From Candidatus Methylomirabilales bacterium (GTDB lineage: Bacteria > Methylomirabilota > Methylomirabilia > Methylomirabilales > CSP1-5), in assembly GCA_046758505.1 (NCBI GenBank), contig JBHIAH010000001.1:83898-147897 (forward strand): a stretch of 64,000 nt of DNA, given 5' to 3'. How positions within the stretch are numbered: position 1 is the first letter of the stretch; every line of letters starts with the position of its first letter. Positions 1-9,943 of this stretch are shown here, in pieces. The position numbers and the translations under genes are program-made. The notes below the pieces were generated by a model. It was not told the DNA's origin. It saw only the letters and a list, made by a program, of their open reading frames with translations, and did not search any database.

Positions 1-2663
1 TCCATTGTCACGACCGGGTCGCCCTGCAGACCAAGCGAGAGGGCGGCTACGTTCGCTGGCTCTACGGCGAGATCGCGGATCAGGTTCATCGCCTCGCGAC
101 GTTCCTCCGCCGGCTCGAGATCGCCCCCGGAGATCGGGTCGCCCTCTTTGCCGAGAACCGACCGGAGTGGTGCGTGGCCTATCTCGGGATTGTGGCCGCG
201 GGAGCCACCGCGGTCCCCCTCGATGCGCAACTCGGGGAACAGGAACTCGAGTCCGTCCTCCGTCACTCCGAGAGCCGAGCCGTTGTCGTCTCGGAGGCCG
301 GCCTGACCAAGGTGCACCCCCTCGTTGCTCGCCTTCCTCTCGCCCCCGAGGTCATTCTGCTCGATGCAAAGGCCGCACCCGGGGTGCACGTCCTGGCCGA
401 GATCCTGAAGCATACCCCCAAGGATCCGCTCCCTGCACCCACACCGGAGGGGATTGCGTCGATCCTGTACACCTCGGGGACCACCGGAACACCGAAAGGT
501 GTGATGCTGAGCCACCGCAACTTTCTGTCGAACTTCTCCGCCGTGCGGGAGCTGAAGGTCTGCGGACCCGAGGACAATCTCCTGGCCCTCCTCCCGCTCC
601 ACCACGTGTACCCGTTTATGATCTCCCTGGTGACCCCCCTCCTCTGCGGGGCCCGGGTCACGTTCCTGCAAAGCCTGAAGCCTCCCGACCTGCTCGCGTG
701 TATGCGGGAGACCGGAGTCACGATCCTGGTCGGAGTCCCGCAGCTTCTGGCGCTTCTCCATCGAGGAATTTTTCAGGAAGTCAACAAGCGGTCCTGGCCG
801 CTTCGCGTGCTCTTTGACCTCCTCCTGGGTCTCGCCGGCGCCGCACAACAGTATCTGGGAAGGAACACCGGTCGTGTCCTGTTCCCCCAGATCCATCGTC
901 GCTTCGGCGGCAGGCTCCGCGTCCTGACGAGTGGCGGAGCCAAACTCGAGCCGGCGGTCGGCCGAGACTTGTGCCGCCTCGGCTTCACCGTCCTCGAAGG
1001 GTACGGCCTCACCGAGACTTCACCGGTCGTCACGTTCTCTCCGGCGGATCGACCCCGGTACGAGTCGGTCGGCGTGCCGCTCCCCGGGGTCCGCGTCCGG
1101 ATCATGGAGCCGGATCCAAGCGGAGTCGGCGAGATCGCCGTCCAGGGTCCCAATGTGATGCACGGCTACTTCAAGGATCCCGAGGGAACCGCCCAGAGCT
1201 TCCGGGACGGCTGGTTCCTCTCGGGGGACCTCGGGTATCTCGATGGCGACGGATATCTCTATATCGCCGGACGGCTCAAGGAGGTCATCGTCCTCCCGTC
1301 GGGGAAAAACATCTACCCCGAAGACGTGGAGGCTGACTTCTTGAAGAGCCCCTTTATCAAGGAGATCTGCCTGGTGGGGACCGAGGAGCCTGCCGGGGGG
1401 TTGACCGCCCTGGTCGTTCCCAACTTCGAGCACCTGAAGGCCCAACGGATCGCCAACGTCGAAGACACCATACGATGGGATGTGGAGAATGTCTCCCGCA
1501 ATCTCCCGGCGTACAAGCGTCCGACGCGGCTGCACATCGTGAAGGACGCCTTTCCCAGGACCCGTCTCGGCAAGATTCAACGGCACCTCGTCCGCCAGAT
1601 GTATCTCCAAGAGGAGGTTGTGCGGGCCGACGTGGATGAGGGGGTTGCTCCCTCCGAAACGGACCAGGCCCTGTGGGAGAGCCCGGTCACCCGCACGATC
1701 ATCACCTCGCTCCCGGTCCTCACCCGCAAGAAGCAAGGAATCCGCCTCGACGATAATCTGGAACTGGACCTCGGTCTCGATTCGTTGTCCCGGATCGAGC
1801 TCCTGGTGGCCCTCGAGGAATCGTTCGGCATCGACCTCCCGGCGGACACCGGGCCCGAGCTGTTTACGGTGCGAGATGTCGTGCGCAAGGTGCAGGAGTG
1901 TCTCGGGGAGCACGCCAAGACCGCCGAGGCGACGCGGGCGGCGCGGCGCCCCCCCTGGAGCGAGATCCTGGCCGGGGAGCCCCCTGAAGCGGTCCAGGCG
2001 GAAATCGCGGCGGGCAAGAAACCCTGGGCGCTCTTCGTCACGTTTCTTTCTCGCGCGCTCCTCCACCTCGTCTTCCGGCTCTTCTGCCGCCTTCGTGTCC
2101 ACGGGTTCACTCATGTGCCGGATCGAGGTCCCTACCTCATCACCCCGAACCATGCGAGCTACGTCGATGCCTTCGCCCTCGGGGTTGCCCTTCCCCTCAG
2201 GATGGTCCGCCATCTGCACTTTCTGGGCTTTCAGCAATTTTTCCAGAATCCGGTCAGCGCCATGTTCGGCCGGGCGTTTCGGGTCATTCACGTGGATGCC
2301 GAGGCCTACCTTTTCCAAGCCCTCCGAGCGGCGGCCCATGTCCTACGGCAGGGCGAGACCCTCTGTATCTTTCCCGAGGGGGCCCGCTCCATCGACGGGG
2401 AGATCAAACCCTTCAAGAAAGGGGGAGCCATCCTGGCCAAGGAGCTGAACCTCCCCCTGCTCCCGACCCGGATCATCGGCTCCTTCGAGATTTGGCCCCG
2501 CGGGAGAAGACTTCCCCGGCCCCATCCCCTGGTGATCATCTTTGGTCCCCCGGTCACCGTCGAGGAGCTGCTCGCCCAGGAGCCAATCCCGCCCGGCGCG
2601 GATCTCTACCAAGTCATTGCCGCGCGCCTCCGCGACCGGGTCGCCGCCCTGGCAGCCGAATGA
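1..2663 (+). CDS. Fused acyl-AMP ligase (FadD-like) / carrier domain / PlsC-type acyltransferase, 5' partial
   Basis: The frame is open to the window edge (HCHDRVALQTKREGGYVRWLYGEIAD precedes the ORF-track Met at 174). AMP-binding signatures YTSGTTGTPKGV and GYGLTETS. Carrier-type Ser motif LGLDSLSRIEL. PlsC motifs NHASYVD and FPEGARS. Confidence 0.8.
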   Translation, partial: HCHDRVALQTKREGGYVRWLYGEIADQVHRLATFLRRLEIAPGDRVALFAENRPEWCVAYLGIVAAGATAVPLDAQLGEQELESVLRHSESRAVVVSEAGLTKVHPLVARLPLAPEVILLDAKAAPGVHVLAEILKHTPKDPLPAPTPEGIASILYTSGTTGTPKGVMLSHRNFLSNFSAVRELKVCGPEDNLLALLPLHHVYPFMISLVTPLLCGARVTFLQSLKPPDLLACMRETGVTILVGVPQLLALLHRGIFQEVNKRSWPLRVLFDLLLGLAGAAQQYLGRNTGRVLFPQIHRRFGGRLRVLTSGGAKLEPAVGRDLCRLGFTVLEGYGLTETSPVVTFSPADRPRYESVGVPLPGVRVRIMEPDPSGVGEIAVQGPNVMHGYFKDPEGTAQSFRDGWFLSGDLGYLDGDGYLYIAGRLKEVIVLPSGKNIYPEDVEADFLKSPFIKEICLVGTEEPAGGLTALVVPNFEHLKAQRIANVEDTIRWDVENVSRNLPAYKRPTRLHIVKDAFPRTRLGKIQRHLVRQMYLQEEVVRADVDEGVAPSETDQALWESPVTRTIITSLPVLTRKKQGIRLDDNLELDLGLDSLSRIELLVALEESFGIDLPADTGPELFTVRDVVRKVQECLGEHAKTAEATRAARRPPWSEILAGEPPEAVQAEIAAGKKPWALFVTFLSRALLHLVFRLFCRLRVHGFTHVPDRGPYLITPNHASYVDAFALGVALPLRMVRHLHFLGFQQFFQNPVSAMFGRAFRVIHVDAEAYLFQALRAAAHVLRQGETLCIFPEGARSIDGEIKPFKKGGAILAKELNLPLLPTRIIGSFEIWPRGRRLPRPHPLVIIFGPPVTVEELLAQEPIPPGADLYQVIAARLRDRVAALAAE

Positions 2664-2738
2664 CCCCTTTCGCTTTGCAGCCTCCCTACCCGTATAGTAT
2701 CCTAAGGAACACCTGATCCTCGATCAAGGAGGGAACCG

Positions 2739-3887
2739 GTGGTCCAACGGGACCGGATGCGAGACCGTTTCCTGACGCTCGTCCGCATGAACAGCCCTTC
2801 GCGGAAGGAACGGGAGCTGGCGACACATCTCAAGGAGGACCTGATCCGCCTCGGGGCCGAGGTGCACTTTGACCAGGCGGAACGGATGGTCGGTGGATCG
2901 GTGGGAAATCTCATCGCCCGCATCCCTGCAACCCACCCGGGCGCGGCTCCCTTCCTGCTCTGTGCCCACATGGACACCGTCGCCCCCACCGAAGGGATCA
3001 CGCCCCAGCCGGCGGAGCACATCATCACAAGCGACGGGTCCACGATCCTCGGGGCGGATGACAAGAGCGGCATCGCCATCATCTGTGAGGTGCTTCGCGT
3101 CCTCCGGGAGGCAAAAATCCCCCACGGAGAGATCGAGATCGTCTTTACCATCTGCGAAGAGATCGGCCTTCAGGGGGCGAGGCATCTGGATGTCTCCCAG
3201 CTCCACGCCCGCACCGGCCTCGTCCTGGACAGCAGCAATCCCGATCACCTGATCACCCGGGCGCCGGCCGCCAACCGGCTGCAGGTTACCCTCAGGGGTC
3301 TCGAAGCCCACGCCGGGGTCTGCCCGGAGAGGGGGATCAATGCGATCCGGATCGCCAGTGAGGCCATCGCGGCAATGCGGCTCGGCCGCCTCGACGAGGA
3401 GACGACGGCCAACATCGGGATCATCGGTGGCGGCAGCGCCATCAACATCATCCCCAGCGCCGTCACGGTCCAGGGAGAGGCGCGGAGCCACGACGAGGGC
3501 AAACTCAAGGCCCAAACCGAACACATGGTCCACTGCTTCAAGGAGGCGGCGGCACGCCACGCACTTACCCTGGACGGCGTGACACAGCGGGGCCAGGTGG
3601 CCTGCCGGGTCCAGCGGGACTACGATCGGCTCTTCATCCCGGAGGGGGCCCGGATCGTCCAGCTTGTTCGCGAGGCCGCCCGCGCCCTCGGGCGCGAGAT
3701 CACCCTCTGGCGGACGGGCGGAGCCTCCGACGCCAACATCCTCTGCGCCAAGGGGCTCGAAGTCGCCAACGTGGGGACGGGGCAGCAGGAGGTCCACACG
3801 GTGCGGGAGCGGTTGGTGCTCGACGACATGGTGCGATCCGCACAACTCGTCCTCGAAACGCTGAAGCGGCACGCGGGTGGCATCTAA
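2739..3887 (+). CDS. M20/M25/M40 family metallopeptidase (PepT-like)
   Basis: Motifs CAHMDTV, GADDKSG and ICEEIGLQG. GTG start at 2739; ATG at 2757 is an alternative. Confidence 0.75.
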   Translation: MVQRDRMRDRFLTLVRMNSPSRKERELATHLKEDLIRLGAEVHFDQAERMVGGSVGNLIARIPATHPGAAPFLLCAHMDTVAPTEGITPQPAEHIITSDGSTILGADDKSGIAIICEVLRVLREAKIPHGEIEIVFTICEEIGLQGARHLDVSQLHARTGLVLDSSNPDHLITRAPAANRLQVTLRGLEAHAGVCPERGINAIRIASEAIAAMRLGRLDEETTANIGIIGGGSAINIIPSAVTVQGEARSHDEGKLKAQTEHMVHCFKEAAARHALTLDGVTQRGQVACRVQRDYDRLFIPEGARIVQLVREAARALGREITLWRTGGASDANILCAKGLEVANVGTGQQEVHTVRERLVLDDMVRSAQLVLETLKRHAGGI

Positions 3888-3919
3888 GGCCAGGGCGATC
3901 CGAAGGGGAGGCGAGTCAC

Positions 3920-4321
3920 ATGTACACGGTGACCAGCATCATGAAGAGCCCGGTGGTGCGCATCGAAGCCACCAAGTCGGTGACGGAGGCCCTGCACCGG
4001 ATGCAGGAGAAAGGGATCTCAAGTATCCTGGTCACCCCGACGGCGCCCGGGGAGTCCATCGGGATCATGACCAAGCGGGACATCATCTCCAAGGTGGTCT
4101 CCCAGGGAAAAGACCCCGAGAAGCTCAAGGTCCGGGACGTCATGACCTCGGGGCTCATCACGGTCCCCCCCGACTGCCCCCTCCGGGATGCGGCCACGAT
4201 GATGACGGAGAAGGGGATCCGGCGGGTCCTGGTGAGTCATGGGGACGACATCATTGGGATCGTCAGCGACACCGACGTTTTCCGGGCGGTGGAGGAGGCG
4301 GGATGGGGGCTGGATTACTGA
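3920..4321 (+). CDS. CBS-pair domain protein
   Basis: 133 aa with two CBS-like halves (IMKSPVVRI...ILV and VRDVMTSGLITV...RRVLV). GGAGG-like RBS upstream. Confidence 0.8.
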   Translation: MYTVTSIMKSPVVRIEATKSVTEALHRMQEKGISSILVTPTAPGESIGIMTKRDIISKVVSQGKDPEKLKVRDVMTSGLITVPPDCPLRDAATMMTEKGIRRVLVSHGDDIIGIVSDTDVFRAVEEAGWGLDY

Positions 4322-4737
4322 GATCGTTCCTCGACGATATCCACAAAGGCCGCCAGGATATCCGTCTCGGTGATGATGCCCACCAGGAGGTCTCCTTGGA
4401 CCACGGGAAGTCCCCCAACCTGGCGTTCGAGGAGAAGGCGGGCCGCATCGGCGATCGAGGTCTCTGGGGTGACCGTGAATAGCCGTTTTGTCATGATCTC
4501 CCGCACCGAGAGCTTCTCGAGTGCGTCGTACGGATCCTCCCCTCGGGGGCCCACCGTGACCGCCGACGGAAAGACCAGCCGGATGTCCCGGTCCGTCACG
4601 ATGCCGACGAGCCTCCCATCCTCGACCACCGGGAGGTGGCGGATCTGGTGTTCCCGCAGCAGTCCCCAGGCGGTCCGCACGCTATCCGAGGGACCGACCA
4701 GGACCAATGCCGTCTTCATCCGCTCGCCGACCTGCAC
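4315..4737 (-). CDS. CBS-pair domain protein
   Basis: 140 aa with two CBS halves (MKTALVLVGP...HLPVV and VREIMTKRLFTV...GLPVV). Its 3' end overlaps the convergent CBS gene by 7 nt. Confidence 0.8.
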   Translation of the reverse strand: MQVGERMKTALVLVGPSDSVRTAWGLLREHQIRHLPVVEDGRLVGIVTDRDIRLVFPSAVTVGPRGEDPYDALEKLSVREIMTKRLFTVTPETSIADAARLLLERQVGGLPVVQGDLLVGIITETDILAAFVDIVEERSQ

Positions 4738-4966
4738 GCCGCCAGCTCACATCTCGTCGATGCCCTGAACCCCGCTGCCGCAGCCTCTCCTCGTTTGTCG
4801 CATAAGATAGCAGTCGGTTTCAGCAGGGTCAAGCACGCCAAGGCGGGTGAACCAGGCTCCCGGGGACCGCCCGGCTCCCTCAGACCTTGCGTCCCTCCGC
4901 GCGATCCGGTATGCTGATTCGGAAATCGCCGGTCCGCGTTAGCCTCAGGCCGGAACCCGAGGCGGC

Positions 4967-5590
4967 TTGCACTCCCGGCCATATATCATGGACGTTCAGC
5001 ATCAACGGATTCTGGATTATCTCGTCGGCTCCTGGCGGGAGCGGTTCAACCTGATCCCGGCGATGGAGGTCTCCGAGGCCTTTCAGCTGCCGACGGCCGA
5101 GACCCTGAGGGTCTTGGAAGAGATGGCAACGGACGGCCTGGTAGAGCTGCACCGGCAGCAGGCGGGTCCTGCGGATCCGGGGGTGCTCGGCTACTCTGTC
5201 TCGGAAACGTTTCGGGCAACCTACGTTCTCCCGTCCCGATCGATTTTGAAGGACCGCTTCGAAGAGACGAAGCAGGATTTCGGCCCCTTCAAGAACCTCC
5301 TCTATCAAGGCGTGAGTCAGGACGAACTCTTTCGATTCCGCCCGACCATCCTCGATCAGTACCGGCAGAACCCGGATATCGAGGTGAAGCCAGATCTCAT
5401 TGTGACCAAGCGGGCGGCGCTGAAGCGGGACAATGTTCAACCGGTATACGTCCGCTACCGATGGGCCACCGGGCTGTCCGGTGACCGCTACATCATGGTC
5501 AACCTCTGGGACCTGGCGGAGCTCAGCCAACAAGAACAGGCCGCCTGGGCCCGCGACGCACTCCAGGAACCGAGAGGGGTCGGTGCGTGA
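4967..5590 (+). CDS. Hypothetical protein (N-terminal winged-helix-like)
   Basis: Clean ORF with coding-like composition and no motif I can name. Its stop overlaps the start of the next gene. ATG at 4988 is an alternative start. Confidence 0.5.
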   Translation: MHSRPYIMDVQHQRILDYLVGSWRERFNLIPAMEVSEAFQLPTAETLRVLEEMATDGLVELHRQQAGPADPGVLGYSVSETFRATYVLPSRSILKDRFEETKQDFGPFKNLLYQGVSQDELFRFRPTILDQYRQNPDIEVKPDLIVTKRAALKRDNVQPVYVRYRWATGLSGDRYIMVNLWDLAELSQQEQAAWARDALQEPRGVGA

Positions 5591-6287
5591 ACGGCTGCTC
5601 GCCTGGTCAGAGGGAGAGCACCTGGACGGGGTGCTCCACCTTCCAGGACCGGGGAGGTGGCCCTGCGTCATTGCCGCCCACGGCCTCCTCAGCACGAAGG
5701 CGAGCGATAAATATCTCCTGTTGGAAACACAGCTGACGCAGGCGGGCTTCGCCTGTCTCCGTTTCGACTTCCGAGGCTGTGGACAGAGCGGCGGGACGCT
5801 GAAGGATACAACTGTCGGTGGCCGGATCCGCGATCTGCGGGCCATCCTCACGCACCTCCGGGAGCACCAGGCGCTGGAGCAGCCCTTCTTCCTCGTCGGG
5901 AGCAGCCTGGGAGGCTACGTCGCCCTCTATATCGCCGTCGAGGCACCCCAGGTGATGGCAACGGCACTCTGGGCAACGCCCGCACACCTCCGAGATCTCC
6001 AGGGCCGGAGGGACTCCCTCATGGCCCACGGGCTCGGGGCACCCTTCTTCCAAGAGCTCTCACAGGGGACGATTGCCGAGGCCCCTGCCGCACCGCCGGG
6101 GTGCTTGATTATCCATGGGGAACAGGACGAGCTGGTCCCCTGCCATCATGCCCGAACCCTGTACGAACGAGCCAAAGAGCCCAAGGCCCTCGAGATCCTT
6201 CCGGGAGCAGACCACCGCCTCACCGATCCCGAAGACCGGGAGCGGGCCGTCCAATTGACCATCGCCTGGTTCAAGAGGTACCTATGA
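5583..6287 (+). CDS. Alpha/beta hydrolase
   Basis: GTG 5583 overlaps the upstream stop. Nucleophile elbow LVGSSLGGY, then IIHGEQDELVP and GADHRL. The ORF-track start at 5433 is an upstream extension inside the previous gene. Confidence 0.7.
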   Translation: MRERLLAWSEGEHLDGVLHLPGPGRWPCVIAAHGLLSTKASDKYLLLETQLTQAGFACLRFDFRGCGQSGGTLKDTTVGGRIRDLRAILTHLREHQALEQPFFLVGSSLGGYVALYIAVEAPQVMATALWATPAHLRDLQGRRDSLMAHGLGAPFFQELSQGTIAEAPAAPPGCLIIHGEQDELVPCHHARTLYERAKEPKALEILPGADHRLTDPEDRERAVQLTIAWFKRYL

Positions 6288-6865
6288 TCGAGAAGGAGCA
6301 GATCCGCCGCCTTCTCACCGGTCGGCGGAGACAGTCGCTCTCGCCCCAGGGAAAGCGGCGGGCCGCGGTTCTGATCCCGCTTTACAAGGACAAGGAAGGG
6401 TTTCAGATCCTCCTCATCAAGCGGACAGAGCATGTCAGGACGCATCAAGGGCAGATCGCCTTTCCTGGGGGGACCTGGCATCCGGACGATCCGAATCCCA
6501 CCGCGACGGCCCTGAGAGAGGCTCATGAGGAGATGGGCATCCGTCCCGAGGATGTGGAGGTGTTGGGGGAGCTGGATGATGCCTCCACCGCCACCTCCAA
6601 CTTCCTCATCACCCCCGTGGTCGGAGTCATCCCCCCACGGTATCCGTTCCAGATCAACGCGGGGGAGATCGCCGATCTTCTCTCGCTTCCCCTGGAGACC
6701 CTGCGGGATCCCTCTGCCTTCCACGAAGAGACCTGGGAGAGGAGGGAAGGGGGCCGGGTCCAGGTCTTCGTCCGCCGCGAGGGGCCTCACATCATTTGGG
6801 GGGCGACGGCCAGGATCCTACGCCACCTTGGGGGGATCCTCTTCGCTGCCCCCGCGGGACCCTGA
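6284..6865 (+). CDS. Nudix hydrolase, CoA pyrophosphatase-like
   Basis: ATGA start/stop overlap with the upstream gene. Nudix box GGTWHPDDPNPTATALREAHEEMGI. Confidence 0.75.
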   Translation: MIEKEQIRRLLTGRRRQSLSPQGKRRAAVLIPLYKDKEGFQILLIKRTEHVRTHQGQIAFPGGTWHPDDPNPTATALREAHEEMGIRPEDVEVLGELDDASTATSNFLITPVVGVIPPRYPFQINAGEIADLLSLPLETLRDPSAFHEETWERREGGRVQVFVRREGPHIIWGATARILRHLGGILFAAPAGP

Positions 6866-7015
6866 TGTTACCCCCCCTCCCCCCGCAGAACGACATTTCG
6901 GTTGAACCAAGCGCGAAGTTCCTTTACAATGCTATCCCTGACCGTACTGACCGATACCCGTGACAGCCGCGGTCCACGCGGTGACTGCGTGCTTCCAGGC
7001 TCAGGCGGGGCCGAC

Positions 7016-8026
7016 ATGAACGCGCACCACCCAGAACCAGAGATCCCGAGAGATGCGGTCCAAAAACGGCGGCGGAGGCGACGGCGTCTTATCCTTGCCT
7101 TGGGGATCGTCGGCCTCCTCGGTTCGACCGTCGTACTCTCGTGGAACCATATGGTAAGCCAGGGTACCCGCAGTGCGCTGTTTGACCGGAAGGGGGACTT
7201 GATCTCGGCGTTGCCGCTCCCGGCGGCTCCTCCCAGCCCCGAGAGGGCTCAGGACCTCCTGCTTACCAGCTCCACGGGGCTCACGGCCAAGGTCCGCCTC
7301 CTCTCCTCCGCAGAAGGCAAGCTGCTTCCCGGCGTCATTCTGCTCGATGGGATCAAGCAGGGAAGACGGGTGGTGGACTATCCGGCCATCGAGGAAATCA
7401 ACAAGCACGCCGTGGTGATGTCGATGGACTATCCCTTGGTATGGGGCAAGAAGTTCAGCGGATGGGACATCCTCCCCGCGTTGGTCACTTTCCGCCAGGC
7501 CGCCCTCGATTCCGTCAGCAGCGTGCTCTTGATGGTCGATTACCTCGAGAGCCGCCCCGACGTCGATAAAGACCGCATCATCCTGGTGGGGACGAGCTTC
7601 GGAGCCCCCGTGGCAGTCATTGCGGGCGCCATCGATTACCGGCCATCGGCCGTGGCCGTCCTGTACGGTGGTGGGAAGCTAGGAGACCTTATTACCCACA
7701 ACCTCCGTCGAAGCGGTCGCCTCGGCCGGACCGCGATCCCCCGCCCTGCGGCGGGCTTCTTTGGCCGAGCGATCGCAGCAGCGCTGACCCCCCTCGAGCC
7801 GACCCGCTATGCCCCTCTCATCGCACCCCGGCCGCTCTTACTGATCAGCGGGGCCGACGACGAGCTGATCCCGCGAGACAGCGTCTTGGCCTTGTACAGG
7901 GCGGCCAGGCCCCCCAAGGACCTCTGGTGGATCCACTCCAAGCACCTCAGACCAAAGCAGCAGGATCTGATGCGGACGCTGATCCGTCAGCTCAACCAGT
8001 GGTTTCAAAGAAAACACCTCCTCTAA
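7016..8026 (+). CDS. Membrane-anchored alpha/beta hydrolase
   Basis: A poly-Arg stretch is followed by the TM segment LILALGIVGLLGSTVVL. Elbow VGTSFGAP. The start is uncertain: 6902 TTG, 6929 or 7016. Confidence 0.6.
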   Translation: MNAHHPEPEIPRDAVQKRRRRRRRLILALGIVGLLGSTVVLSWNHMVSQGTRSALFDRKGDLISALPLPAAPPSPERAQDLLLTSSTGLTAKVRLLSSAEGKLLPGVILLDGIKQGRRVVDYPAIEEINKHAVVMSMDYPLVWGKKFSGWDILPALVTFRQAALDSVSSVLLMVDYLESRPDVDKDRIILVGTSFGAPVAVIAGAIDYRPSAVAVLYGGGKLGDLITHNLRRSGRLGRTAIPRPAAGFFGRAIAAALTPLEPTRYAPLIAPRPLLLISGADDELIPRDSVLALYRAARPPKDLWWIHSKHLRPKQQDLMRTLIRQLNQWFQRKHLL

Positions 8027-8036
8027 GGCTCTGCTG

Positions 8037-8747
8037 ATGATCCATCTCCTCCTGTTCGATGTGGACGGAACCCTCATCCATACGGGGGGGGCGGGAGTTC
8101 GGTCGTTTCAAAGGACGTTCCGCGAGCTGTTCGGGATCGAGGCGGTCACAGAGGGAATTCGGTTCCACGGCCGGACCGATCTGGAGATCACCGAGGACAT
8201 CTGTGCTGCCAGGCTCGGCCGGTCCCCCACGCCGGAGGAGATCGAAGCGATCTGCAGCCGGTATCTCACCCACCTGCGAGAGGAAGTGCGTCTGTCACCG
8301 GGCTACCGGATCATGCCGGGACTCCCCGGCCTCCTGGAGACGCTTTGCGGTCGGGCCGATGTCCGGTTAGGCCTGGCCACCGGCAATCTCGAAGGTGCAG
8401 CCCGGGTCAAGCTGGGTCGGGCCGATCTGAACCGCTACTTTTCCTTTGGGGGATTTGCTTCCGACGCGAAGGACCGAACCGCGCTGATTCACAAGGCTAT
8501 TGAGCGGGGTCAGACCCTCGTGGGCCGATCGCAACACGGGATCCAGGCCATAGTCATCGGCGACACCGATCTCGATATCGCCTGTGGCCGAGAAGCAGGC
8601 GCGACCACTGTGGCCGTCGCAACCGGCGGTGACTCGTGGGAGACCCTGCTTCAGGCGGCGCCCGACCACCTGCTGAAGGACCTGAGCCACCCCGAAGAGT
8701 TGCTGGCGATCCTCAGCGACTCCCCCGAACCATCCCGCCGCGGCTGA
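8037..8747 (+). CDS. HAD-superfamily hydrolase (phosphoglycolate-phosphatase-like)
   Basis: Motif I LLFDVDGTLI; late motif VIGDTDLD. Confidence 0.8.
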   Translation: MIHLLLFDVDGTLIHTGGAGVRSFQRTFRELFGIEAVTEGIRFHGRTDLEITEDICAARLGRSPTPEEIEAICSRYLTHLREEVRLSPGYRIMPGLPGLLETLCGRADVRLGLATGNLEGAARVKLGRADLNRYFSFGGFASDAKDRTALIHKAIERGQTLVGRSQHGIQAIVIGDTDLDIACGREAGATTVAVATGGDSWETLLQAAPDHLLKDLSHPEELLAILSDSPEPSRRG

Positions 8748-8962
8748 AGCCTCAGGGGACCCGAGCCCGTTCGGAAGCACGTTGCTGTCCGCCCGGGTCC
8801 GGGCGGTTTCGGGATGGGGGATGTTCCCGCCCCCTCGGCACTACGCCCAGAGCGTGGGATGGGGATCCTTCCTGCTCATGACGGCGGGGAAAACCCGAGG
8901 GAGGAGAAGCCTGGGGGAAAGGCGCGAGCGTTGCGAGATTTCGGCGTAGCGTCGTGCCGCCC

Positions 8963-9766
8963 TCAACCGACGATGTCCTCCCCGCCATCGACACCAACCA
9001 CGTTGCCCGTCATCCATTGCGTCTCCGGTTGGCTCAGGACCACGATCCCGGCCGCCACATCGGCGGGGGTCGTCAGACGGTGAAACGGATTCCGCTCTCT
9101 GGCGACCTCGATCATCTTCTCGTGGCCGGGGATCTTGCGGAGGGCCGGGGTGTCGGTCACCCCGGCACGGACGGCATTGACAGCAATTCCCATCGGCGCC
9201 AGTTCCAGCGCCAGCTGTCGAACATGCGACTCCAAGGCGGCCTTGGCGGCGGAGACGGCACCATAGGTCGGCCAGACTCGCTGTCCGCCCGAGCTCGTCA
9301 TGGCAAAGACCCTCCCCCCCTCCTGCATCAGTCTTCGCCCAACCAGATCTTGGACCCAGTAGACGAGACTGTGCGCCATCACATCCACCGTCATATCCAT
9401 CTGGGGTTTCGTAATGGCTTCGGCGGGGTTCGCTGCGATGAAGGGCTTCAGGGTCCCAAAGGCCAGCGAGTGGAGGAGGACCTTGACCCCCCCCTCCTCA
9501 CCCCGTTCCTTCAGGACCTTTTCCATCCGATCCAACGCCTCCCGGCGCTTCTCCTCGTCGGCGGCGTTCATATTGAAGAAATGGGCCTCCCGCCCCATCC
9601 CCCGGATCTCCCCCACGATTCGCTCCACATTGGCCAGGGTGGCTTTTCGATCCATGTGCACTCCGAAGATATGCATTCCGGCTCGCGCCAGGGCCAGACC
9701 CGTAGCCTCTCCGAAGCCGCTCGACGCGCCCAGCACCACAGCCCAACCGCTCAACCGCTCGCTCAC
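8963..9766 (-). CDS. SDR-family oxidoreductase (enoyl-reductase-like)
   Basis: Gly-rich VLGASSGFG. RBS GGGAGGA lies 5 nt before GTG 9766. The ORF-track start at 9811 is also possible. Confidence 0.75.
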   Translation of the reverse strand: MSERLSGWAVVLGASSGFGEATGLALARAGMHIFGVHMDRKATLANVERIVGEIRGMGREAHFFNMNAADEEKRREALDRMEKVLKERGEEGGVKVLLHSLAFGTLKPFIAANPAEAITKPQMDMTVDVMAHSLVYWVQDLVGRRLMQEGGRVFAMTSSGGQRVWPTYGAVSAAKAALESHVRQLALELAPMGIAVNAVRAGVTDTPALRKIPGHEKMIEVARERNPFHRLTTPADVAAGIVVLSQPETQWMTGNVVGVDGGEDIVG

Positions 9767-9943
9767 TATTTCCTCCCTTCGCTGCGCTTCCACTCGATCT
9801 CCACACGGCAAATGGCGCAGGGATTCTACCCTAAGAGCGTTTGGGATTCAACGTTGAAACAGGCAACAACGTTCCCGTTTGACACCGAGGAAAAAGAACG
9901 GTAAAATTTTGCCCTCCACGCCACACCGTTCTGGAGGCGGTCC

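Noticed and set aside
5-817. 270-aa ORF at the left edge.
   Set aside because: It is out of frame with the acyl-AMP ligase, whose motifs are unambiguous, and its translation is Arg/Pro-rich shadow sequence.
1020-2339. Long antisense or out-of-frame ORFs throughout the window (for example 1020-2339 minus, 2724-3872 minus, 13362-14861 plus, 15386-16654 overlaps, 30560-31951 minus, 41302-42504 minus, 42582-43787 minus, 60094-60891 minus).
   Set aside because: They lie opposite or out of frame to genes with clear motifs. Their translations are Arg/Gly/Pro-rich and low in complexity, as expected from stop-poor GC-rich DNA, and none has a recognisable motif.
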